A DNA stretch of 64,000 bases, from NCBI GenBank assembly GCA_013152535.1, contig JAADGE010000027.1, positions 37,916 through 101,915 of the forward strand, written 5' to 3'. Positions 9,208 to 17,120 of the stretch are shown here, piece after piece. Made by a program: the position numbers and the translations under genes. The first letter of the stretch is position 1. Every line of letters starts with the position of its first letter. The DNA is from Chlorobiota bacterium. GTDB lineage: Bacteria > Bacteroidota > Bacteroidia > Bacteroidales > JAADGE01. The notes beneath the pieces were generated by a model. That model saw only the letters and a program-made list of their open reading frames with translations, did no database searches and had not been told where the DNA came from.

Positions 9208-10314
9208 TTATTTCTTAACAAGTTCAATTTCGAAAAGTTTAGGCCATTTTTTTCCTGTTACAAAAAGTCTGTTATGTTCTTTGTCATAAGCAATGCCGTT
9301 GAGTACATCGGTATCGGGCTTGTAATCGTTCATAGGCAGAATATGAGACAAATCAATATAAGCCGCAACTTTTCCTGTGTGCGGGTCAAATTTTACGATT
9401 TTTTCATACTGGTAAATATTTGCAAAAATGTAGCCGTTAATGTATTCTAATTCATTTAAATATTTTACCGGTCCATTTTCGTCATATACTTCGAACGATC
9501 CGATTTGCGAGTAGGTTTGAGGTTCTAATATTTTAACTTCCGGGGAGCCGTCAGTCATAAACAGATTTTTATTGTCTGTGCAAATTCCCCAGCCCTCACC
9601 TGAATAAGAAAATTCATCAAGTTGTTTAAATGTGTTGAGATCATAAACAAAGCCTCTTCCTGACTCCCAGCTTATTTGAATTATTTTATTGTTGAACAGC
9701 GTAATACCTTCACCGAAAACATCTTTAGGAATGGCAAAACTTTGCAGAACTTCTCCGGTTTCAAATTTTACTTTTCTGACAGTTGATTGACCTTTCAGTC
9801 CGGTTGCTTCATACAAAAATCCGTTATGATAAAACAGACCTTGCGTGTAAGCGTGAACATCATGTTTATACACATTTTTTATTTTATAGGTGTATTCTTC
9901 CGGTTTTTCATTCGAAAAAATTGTAACAAATTTTTGCTTCCTGAATCGTTGATTATTTTTATTTAATTCAATTTCAATAATATTTTTACCGGTATGAGCA
10001 GTTTTTGTATCCCAATTATAAGAAGGATTTGCTTTTGTCAGTTTGGCAATATTTTTATTATTTATTGTAAGAATTAATGTGTCTTCGTTTGACGCTTTAT
10101 CTGTTTGTCCGGTTATTTTTATTATATCACTGAAAATATATTTGTTGTGTTGAGCTTTATTAATTGTTAAACTTAAAGGATTATCTTCTTGAATTGTAAC
10201 TTCTTTATTGTTAACTTTATGTTTATTGCTTTCTGATTTGTCTGACTTACAGGAACTTATTATTACAGTAAAGAAAATAAATATTAGAATGTATGAAATT
10301 ATATTTTTAATCAT
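9208..10314 (-). CDS. Glutaminyl-peptide cyclotransferase (beta-propeller type), lipoprotein with N-terminal extra domain
   Basis: It has the lipobox IISSC. YTQGLFYHNGFLYEATG..G.S.VRKV and NGIAYD...LFVTGK match the plant/bacterial glutamine cyclotransferase fold family. Confidence 0.75.
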   Translation of the reverse strand: MIKNIISYILIFIFFTVIISSCKSDKSESNKHKVNNKEVTIQEDNPLSLTINKAQHNKYIFSDIIKITGQTDKASNEDTLILTINNKNIAKLTKANPSYNWDTKTAHTGKNIIEIELNKNNQRFRKQKFVTIFSNEKPEEYTYKIKNVYKHDVHAYTQGLFYHNGFLYEATGLKGQSTVRKVKFETGEVLQSFAIPKDVFGEGITLFNNKIIQISWESGRGFVYDLNTFKQLDEFSYSGEGWGICTDNKNLFMTDGSPEVKILEPQTYSQIGSFEVYDENGPVKYLNELEYINGYIFANIYQYEKIVKFDPHTGKVAAYIDLSHILPMNDYKPDTDVLNGIAYDKEHNRLFVTGKKWPKLFEIELVKK

Positions 10315-10344
10315 TATTGTTGTTTTAAAATTTATTAATTGATA

Positions 10345-10827
10345 TTATAAATCTTTCGGAGAAAGAGTATCTTTAAATGTGCAATTTCCTTCTTTCAAAT
10401 TTTTCCATTTGCCGTTAAATTCCAAAATACAAACATTTGCCGTTTTCATATCACAATATTTGCCGCTTAAATGCTCAACTATGGAGGACCAAGTGGGATT
10501 ATGACCGACAATTAATACGGTTTTATTTTCATCATTAACTTTATTCAGTGCATCAATAATTTCACGGAAATAACCGAAATAGAAACTTTCATCCCATACA
10601 ATTTTATTCTTATAAAATGCTGCTTCAGCAACATTCTGAGCTGTTATTTTTGCCCGTTCTGCGGGGGAAGATATTATTAAATCGGGTGTTAAATTATTAT
10701 TTTTAAGCCATTTGCCTACACGAAGAGTATCTCTTATTCCTCTTTCGTTTAAAGGTCTGTCAAAATCGCGTTCAGAACCGGAACCCCAATCCGATTTTCC
10801 GTGCCGCATAATTAAAAGTTTTTTCAT
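10345..10827 (-). CDS. sixA: Phosphohistidine phosphatase SixA / histidine phosphatase family
   Basis: It has the LLIMRHGKS RHG catalytic motif and VGHNP. Length is 160 aa. Confidence 0.8.
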   Translation of the reverse strand: MKKLLIMRHGKSDWGSGSERDFDRPLNERGIRDTLRVGKWLKNNNLTPDLIISSPAERAKITAQNVAEAAFYKNKIVWDESFYFGYFREIIDALNKVNDENKTVLIVGHNPTWSSIVEHLSGKYCDMKTANVCILEFNGKWKNLKEGNCTFKDTLSPKDL

Positions 10828-10921
10828 TATTTATAAAGTAAGCAGACAAAAATAATATTTTTTAATGAAATTGTAAGGGATGTTTTTATATTTGAACGAT
10901 ATATTAATTTCAATATTTTTA

Positions 10922-12109
10922 ATGAGTGTAAATAAAAAAGAGATATTCTTTGAAAAGTTACGATTTTCTGTTGTAAACTCTGAATTTACAAAATTGATTA
11001 TCAGTAATAAAAGAGATAAACTTTCCGATTTAAATAAAACGGATATAGTTCCGGTAATAATTAAAAAAGTTTATAAACTTTCTTTTATTTATCATTATAA
11101 AACAAAAGATATTACCAAAAACTTTGAACCGGATGAATCCGAAATTCAAATTTTGAAATTATTGACCGAAGATTTTTTAAATGCAGAATTATTTACAACG
11201 AATGAAATTATACGCTTGTATTTGTCAAAACAAAAAAGTTCGGCAAAAATAAATATAAGTGAACCTGTTTTTAAGCCTGTTGTTTCATTAAATCATGATA
11301 GAAATAAGCAAAAAAGAGTCATATTGAAAAATAATATCTGGTTAAGAGAATTGGATGTTACAAATTCCGAAGATGTACTTAAAAAAGATATGCATAATAA
11401 ATACCGTCAGATTAATAAATATTTGGAAGTGATTGAAAATATGATTATTAACAAAATATCTTTACAATCATTAAAAATTGCGGATGCAGGTTCGGGAAAA
11501 GGGTATCTTACTTTTGCTTTGTATGATTATTTGAAAAACAGTTTAAAAAAGGATGTTAAAATTACCGGAATTGAGTTTCGGCAAGAATTGGTTGATATGT
11601 GCAATCAAATTTCCGAAAAAGCCGGGTTCAGGGATTTGAATTTTGTTCGGGGAACAATTATTGATGCTGATTTAACGGGTGTTGATATTTTTATTGCTTT
11701 GCATGCCTGCGATACGGCAACCGATGAGGCGATTTATAAGGGAATTAAAGCCAATGCGTCTTATATTGCGGTTGCACCTTGCTGTCAGAAGCAAATTCGC
11801 AAACAAATGAATGTAACAAATGCAATGGCATCCTTAACTAAATACGGAATATTAAAAGAGCGACAAGCCGTTATTTTGACTGACGGTTTGCGAGCTTTGA
11901 TACTTGAAGCATACGGTTATAATACAAAAGTATTTGAGTTTATTTCAACCGAACATACACCAAAAAATATTATGATTGTTGCCGAGAAATCGAACAAAAA
12001 AAATAATTCTGAAAAGATTTTGAAAAATATTAATGATATAAAACAAATGTTCGGTATTGAATTTCATTATCTTGAGAAATTATTGAATGAAAAAAAGAGA
12101 ACAAAATAA
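10922..12109 (+). CDS. Class I SAM-dependent methyltransferase
   Basis: It has IADAGSGKGYLTFALYDYL (motif I) and ALHACDTATDEA. The start is set at ATG 10922 to leave a divergent promoter region; an upstream in-frame start exists at 10880. Confidence 0.65.
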   Translation: MSVNKKEIFFEKLRFSVVNSEFTKLIISNKRDKLSDLNKTDIVPVIIKKVYKLSFIYHYKTKDITKNFEPDESEIQILKLLTEDFLNAELFTTNEIIRLYLSKQKSSAKINISEPVFKPVVSLNHDRNKQKRVILKNNIWLRELDVTNSEDVLKKDMHNKYRQINKYLEVIENMIINKISLQSLKIADAGSGKGYLTFALYDYLKNSLKKDVKITGIEFRQELVDMCNQISEKAGFRDLNFVRGTIIDADLTGVDIFIALHACDTATDEAIYKGIKANASYIAVAPCCQKQIRKQMNVTNAMASLTKYGILKERQAVILTDGLRALILEAYGYNTKVFEFISTEHTPKNIMIVAEKSNKKNNSEKILKNINDIKQMFGIEFHYLEKLLNEKKRTK

Positions 12110-12117
12110 TTTTAAAA

Positions 12118-12774
12118 ATGAAAACCGGTATTTTAATATTACTGATAAATTTATTTTCTTGGTTCCCAATCAATGAAAAAAATATTAAGATAAATGAATG
12201 GAAACTTGTAAAAGATAAGGACGGTATTAAAGCATATGTACGAGAAGTTTCCGGTTCGGACGTAAAACAGGTACGAGTTACCATGTCTGTAAAAAGTACT
12301 TTGACTGCACCTGTGGCTATTGTTCGAGATGTCAGTTCTCATCCGAAATGGATTTACAGGTGTAAAATTGCAAAAATTTTAAAAACTGTAAGTGAGAGTA
12401 ATCACTATTATTATAATGAGACCGAAGCACCATGGCCTGTCAGTAACAGGGATATTGTAACGCATGCAGTTATTACTCAGGATAATATATCCAAAATTGT
12501 AACAATTACTTCTACCGGAGTTCCTGATTTTATTCCCGAGAAAGAAGATATTGTTCGTATAAAAAAATTAAATGCTCAATGGAAATTTATTCCTAAAGCT
12601 AACGGAATAATTAATGTAGATTTTACGCTATTGATTGATTTGGGCGGCGATTTGCCTGCGTGGCTTATTAATTTAGCAATAGCTGACGGACCTTTTGAAA
12701 CTGTTTATAATATGCGTAAAGAAATTGTGAAACTTAAATATCAAAATACTGTTTTTGATTTTATTGAAGAATAA
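12118..12774 (+). CDS. START/SRPBCC-like lipid-binding domain protein with signal sequence
   Basis: The pattern W.LVKDKDGIKAYVREV..S....VR, and the overall length, resemble START domain proteins. Confidence 0.5.
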   Translation: MKTGILILLINLFSWFPINEKNIKINEWKLVKDKDGIKAYVREVSGSDVKQVRVTMSVKSTLTAPVAIVRDVSSHPKWIYRCKIAKILKTVSESNHYYYNETEAPWPVSNRDIVTHAVITQDNISKIVTITSTGVPDFIPEKEDIVRIKKLNAQWKFIPKANGIINVDFTLLIDLGGDLPAWLINLAIADGPFETVYNMRKEIVKLKYQNTVFDFIEE

Positions 12775-12825
12775 TATTTGCGGCTTTGTGTTATTTTTTT
12801 ATTGCTTTTATGTATCTGCGGACGC

Positions 12826-13827
12826 TTAATTTTTTTCTAATATATGCAGATATTCTTCTGTTTTATTTGATTTATGGTTTCTGTTTTTTTCTTTATCTGC
12901 TCTGAATCTTTGATAATTTGTTGAAATTAAATCGTATTTTCCGTATTTTGACATAATAGCTTTTACGTTATCAACCGACATTAAACCTTCATTATTATAA
13001 CTAAGGAAAATATATTTAAAATGAGCATTTTTTATCAATTCTTCAAAACTTTTGTTAACCGATAATTTACTGCAATATTGTGATTTACGGTAATTTCTTA
13101 AACCTGTTTTCCCTTTAGGAACAAAACGGTCATATTTAGCAATGGTATTTAATAAATGGTAATTAGCTCCGTATTGGCGTGCATTATACGGCGGATCTAA
13201 ATATAAAATATCCCCTTCAATTTGTTTTATTAAAGTGTTGCTGTCTGTATTAAAAACTTTATGTTTATTTCCGTTTGTTGTGAAATTTGCCGGTTCTAAA
13301 ATTAATTCTTTTTGTGCTGTTTTTTTTAGGTGTTTTAAGAATGCTCCGTAAACAGAAGCCGTATTGGCTACTTTATCGGCATTTTCCAGTAAACTTGCTA
13401 ACAGAAAATAATAAAGATTGTTATTTATTGATTTTTCTTTCTTCCGGTTTTCGATTTCTTGTCTTATTGCATCTATTTTTTTTCCGTTATTGTCAGAAAA
13501 ATATTGCCTGCCGCTGCCGCTTCCGATACAATAATTTTTATAAATAAACCCTTCAACCGGTGTTACTTTGTTTAATTCATTAATGTATTGCTCTTTGTTT
13601 TTTATGGGCTCACAGTTTTCGATATAATTTTTGTTTAACACATAACTGTAAAATTCAATATCATTTGCAATTACTTTTTTAACTTCGTTTTTAAAAATTC
13701 TGCCGATAATTCCGGTACCGGCAAAAATATCACAGAAAATCTTATCAGATAAATCTGTTCCTGCAACAGAGTAAACAGCTGATTTAATGAAGTTTGATAA
13801 TTTATTTTTTGAACCGATATAATTCAT
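12826..13827 (-). CDS. Site-specific DNA adenine (N6) methyltransferase, D12/Dam-like class
   Basis: It has the N-terminal NYIGSK, DIFAGTG (SAM motif I) and LYLDPPYNARQY (DPPY catalytic motif IV). Length is 333 aa. Confidence 0.88.
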   Translation of the reverse strand: MNYIGSKNKLSNFIKSAVYSVAGTDLSDKIFCDIFAGTGIIGRIFKNEVKKVIANDIEFYSYVLNKNYIENCEPIKNKEQYINELNKVTPVEGFIYKNYCIGSGSGRQYFSDNNGKKIDAIRQEIENRKKEKSINNNLYYFLLASLLENADKVANTASVYGAFLKHLKKTAQKELILEPANFTTNGNKHKVFNTDSNTLIKQIEGDILYLDPPYNARQYGANYHLLNTIAKYDRFVPKGKTGLRNYRKSQYCSKLSVNKSFEELIKNAHFKYIFLSYNNEGLMSVDNVKAIMSKYGKYDLISTNYQRFRADKEKNRNHKSNKTEEYLHILEKN

Positions 13828-13830
13828 AAT

Positions 13831-14445
13831 TTACTTGTTTATTGTCCAGATTATATCTGCATATACGGTGCCTTCACCAAAATTAAATTTACTTAAATTA
13901 TTTTGGCTGAAATTACAAACATATTTATCAATTTCGGATTTTAAAAGCATAATTTCACATTTCATTTTCCAATGATTATTATTTCTGTCATATAAAATTA
14001 TAAATAGTCTGTTTTTCAGATGTTTTCTGCTTTGCTGACTTTGATTATCATACAGCCATTGAATTAATTGTCTCTTATTTTTAACGGCATATTGAATTGA
14101 TTTATTGAACCCTCGGGGAAATACAGATGTTTTATGGTCAAAAGGTATTCCGTTTATTGAAAAGTCAGTAAGTTTGTCATATGAATTGATATTCGGAGAA
14201 ACCTTATTATGAGAAGTAAAAATACTTTCAACAGCCATCGCTGACCAAAAATTATACCACCTGTTCATTGCATAATCTTTCAGAGCTTGATCAAAATTGT
14301 TAATCTTGTTTAATAAAGTTTCAAAACTATAAGTTTTATATATAAGATTGGTTTTTTTATCCCACGAATCGGATTGTTTTCTGCCCCATCAATACGGATA
14401 GTTCAATCTTTTTCTTAATTCATGCTCTGTTCTTTTTAAATCCAT
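13831..14445 (-). pseudogene. Putative cognate restriction endonuclease interrupted by an in-frame TGA
   Basis: The 145-aa ORF 13831..14268 continues upstream in frame to ATG 14445 (MDLKRTEHELRKRLNYPY*WGRKQSDSWDKK...). The only interruption is the TGA at 14389..14391. The gene ends 3 nt before the methyltransferase start. The endonuclease function is inferred from position only. Confidence 0.55.
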
Positions 14446-14770
14446 ATCGGTAAATTCAGCTGTAATATGTTGTTCAAAATCACTTGAGTTTCCTTAATTT
14501 AAGATATTATTATGAACATATCTCTTAGGTAATATTACAACTTTACAAATAAATAATTTGAAATATGACATACTTTTTCAATGATAGCTTTTATAAAAGT
14601 AGGAAATATGTGTTAAAAACCAAATAATTAAACGTTCATTTTTTGTCTTTGAATTTCCATATTTAAGTGATTTGAATTTTGAGAATGAACAATTTCTTAT
14701 AATATTGCCGGCGGAAAAAGTACTGCAAACACAATTCCTTTTAAAACCCTATTTGCAGATTTATTAAGTT

Positions 14771-14935
14771 ATGAAAATAATGAGTGAAGAAAATACAATA
14801 AAAAGTCCTTGTACGGGAGATTGTAAATATAATGAGGATCATAATTGTGTTTCTTGCAATCGCAGTATGTATGAAATTGTAAATTGGATTGATTTTACGG
14901 ATGAGAAAAAAATAACTGTTTTAAAACATATATAG
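14771..14935 (+). CDS. DUF1289-like small Cys-rich protein (54 aa)
   Basis: It is below the ORF-track size cutoff. The translation is MKIMSEENTIKSPCTGDCKYNEDHNCVSCNRSMYEIVNWIDFTDEKKITVLKHI. The pattern SPC..(3)C....C..C.R...EI..W fits the DUF1289 family. Confidence 0.6.
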   Translation: MKIMSEENTIKSPCTGDCKYNEDHNCVSCNRSMYEIVNWIDFTDEKKITVLKHI

Positions 14936-14974
14936 AAAAATATACAAAAAAGACCGGTATAGTCCTAAATAAAA

Positions 14975-14996
14975 AGCCTGTCATTTTTGACAGGCT
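14975..14996. terminator. Bidirectional hairpin terminator between convergent genes
   Basis: agcctgtca-tttt-tgacaggct is flanked by an A-run upstream and a T-run downstream. It lies between the DUF1289 gene (+) and the cold-shock gene (-). Confidence 0.7.
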
Positions 14997-15019
14997 TTTA
15001 AAAAGATCATGCGTATATA

Positions 15020-15211
15020 TTAAATAACTTTAACATTTACTGCGTTAAGTCCTTTTCTTCCTTCTTGAAGGTCGTATTCAACTGCATCGCCTTCACGAAT
15101 TTCGTCAATTAAACCTGAAACGTGTACAAAATATTCTTTTTGTGTTTCTTCGTCTGTTACAAAACCAAATCCTTTGGTGTCGTTAAAAAATTTTACTGTT
15201 CCTTTATTCAT
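15020..15211 (-). CDS. Cold-shock protein (CspA family)
   Basis: GTVKFFNDTKGFGFV and FVHVSG are the RNP-1 and RNP-2 motifs. Length is 63 aa. Confidence 0.93.
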   Translation of the reverse strand: MNKGTVKFFNDTKGFGFVTDEETQKEYFVHVSGLIDEIREGDAVEYDLQEGRKGLNAVNVKVI

Positions 15212-15306
15212 TGTTGTAAATTAAATTATATAATTCGCGAAATTAATCTTATTTTTTGATATTCAATGGCTTTTTTAAAATTTTTATTAAAACAGAGGTG
15301 TTTTTA

Positions 15307-16254
15307 CTATTTTAAATCAAGAATCCAAAGCGAAGTTCCGTCACTTTTATTCGGATCTTCTTCCGGTGAAGATTCAAAAGCAAGTTTTTTGCCGTCGGGC
15401 GAAACAGAAGGTGCTCCGTCGTAGCCTTCAAAATTTGTTAAACGAACAGGATTTTCTCCGGAAACAGCTGTTTTATAAATATTTGCAGCTTTAATATCCG
15501 GATTTTCATAACTGAATACTATTTCGGTTCCGTCGGGAGAAAATACGGCATCGGTTTTATTTCCTTCAAAGTTTGTAATATTTTGTTTGCCGGAACCGTC
15601 GGTATTCATTATCCAAATATCCCACCGGTCATTTTCTTCTTTTTGGTATAAAATTTTATTTTCGGCGGGAGACCAATTCGGTTGTCGGCAATCATCGGTT
15701 TCGGAAGTTAATTTTATATAGGGTGAAGTTCCGTCAAATTTGTATTTTGTGATTATGCCGTGGGCTTCCTCATCGAGTTTGTGGCTTTCGAATACGATAT
15801 AATCTCCGCCGGGCGAAAAAGACGGCTCGTAAGCAACGCTGTCGGAGCGATTTGTCAGGCGAATTTCGTTTCCGGAAGTTTGGTTTTCCGAGATGTAATA
15901 AATTTCGTCATGAGGTTCTCTGTCGGAAGAAAAAATTATGGTTTTTGTATTTATATTCCAAGATTGTCCGGGTAAGTTCACATTACTTGATCCGTCGGAT
16001 ACGAGTTTTGTCAGTTCTTCGGTTTCAAGATTAAAAAGATATAAATCGGACGGTGGTTTGTTGTAACCTTTTCTGAAACAGGTAAATACTATTGATTTTC
16101 CGTCGGGCGAGAAAGCAGGATTTTGTAAACTGCCTTCTAAATTAATGTTTAACTTAAGGGCATCATCGTTTCTTTCAATGTCGATATTATCCTTTTTGCA
16201 GGAGAATAACAGAGTAAGTCCCAGAAGGAACATAAATGTTTTGGTGTTTTTCAT
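15307..16254 (-). CDS. PD40/TolB-like beta-propeller lipoprotein
   Basis: It has the lipobox LLFSC. There are repeated P.FSPDGK.IVF and W.MN.DGSG motifs (WD40-like beta-propeller repeats). Confidence 0.75.
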   Translation of the reverse strand: MKNTKTFMFLLGLTLLFSCKKDNIDIERNDDALKLNINLEGSLQNPAFSPDGKSIVFTCFRKGYNKPPSDLYLFNLETEELTKLVSDGSSNVNLPGQSWNINTKTIIFSSDREPHDEIYYISENQTSGNEIRLTNRSDSVAYEPSFSPGGDYIVFESHKLDEEAHGIITKYKFDGTSPYIKLTSETDDCRQPNWSPAENKILYQKEENDRWDIWIMNTDGSGKQNITNFEGNKTDAVFSPDGTEIVFSYENPDIKAANIYKTAVSGENPVRLTNFEGYDGAPSVSPDGKKLAFESSPEEDPNKSDGTSLWILDLK

Positions 16255-16373
16255 AATTATTGGTTTTTAAAATTTAAAGTTCCGAAAAAAAAATGTTTTT
16301 TAAAATACTTTTTGACGAATGAACGAAATTTTAATTTTACATTATTACTTTTGCAAATGCTTAATTTTGAACA

Positions 16374-17060
16374 ATGAAAAGACAGGATTTATATATTTTT
16401 CTCGGGTTTGTAACGGTATTTTTACCGTTTTTTTTGTCGAAAGAAGTTTATGATTTTTACATAACTTTTAACAAAGGACACGGATTGATTACGGCATTTA
16501 TAAAATTTGCCGTTTTGGCGACTTTCGGTGAAGCATTGGGATTGCGTATTCGCGAGGGTGTTTATAATCGCAAAGGTTTCGGTTTGTTGCCGCGTGCGGC
16601 TGTTTGGGGATTTTTGGGAATTACCATAAAAGTTGCTTTTGTTATTTTTGCTTCCGGAACACCGAAATTTTTGGAATATGCAGGAATGAAAAATGCAACT
16701 GAAATCTTTACCGGAGATTTAAGTGTTTATAAAATATTTGTTGCTTTTTCAATCAGTGCTGCTTTAAACCTTATTTATGCACCCGTTATGATGACTTTGC
16801 ATAAAATTACGGATATTCATATTGTTGCGAACAGCGGAAAATTAAAGTGTCTTTTACAGAAAATACATTTTGCCGAAAATTTTAAACAAATAAATTGGGA
16901 TGTGCAATGGCATTTTATTTACAAAAAGACCATTCCGCTTTTTTGGATACCTGCACATACGATAACGTTTCTTTTGCCGACGGAATTTCAGGTATTATTT
17001 GCCGCATTGCTTGGTATTGCCCTCGGAACTATTTTGGCTTTTGCGAGTTTGAAGAAATAA
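16374..17060 (+). CDS. Hypothetical integral membrane protein
   Basis: It has about 6 hydrophobic segments. I recognise no family motif. Confidence 0.45.
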   Translation: MKRQDLYIFLGFVTVFLPFFLSKEVYDFYITFNKGHGLITAFIKFAVLATFGEALGLRIREGVYNRKGFGLLPRAAVWGFLGITIKVAFVIFASGTPKFLEYAGMKNATEIFTGDLSVYKIFVAFSISAALNLIYAPVMMTLHKITDIHIVANSGKLKCLLQKIHFAENFKQINWDVQWHFIYKKTIPLFWIPAHTITFLLPTEFQVLFAALLGIALGTILAFASLKK

Positions 17061-17074
17061 TATATTTCAGATAT

Positions 17075-17106
17075 CCGTGCCACGCTCTAGCGTGGCACGG
17101 GTTTTT
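17075..17106 (+). terminator. Rho-independent terminator
   Basis: The GC-rich stem ccgtgccacgc-tcta-gcgtggcacgg is followed by gTTTTT. It lies between convergent genes. Confidence 0.8.
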
Positions 17107-17120
17107 ATATGCGAAAGGAT

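Noticed and set aside
14389-14391. Possibility that the in-frame TGA is decoded (genetic code 4/25 or selenocysteine)
   Set aside because: TGA terminates several well-supported genes in the window at the expected protein ends (GT2 at 2304, YiiX-like at 25867, PorP/SprF-OmpA at 56287). No SECIS-like hairpin is evident immediately downstream. A nonsense mutation or a sequencing error is simpler.
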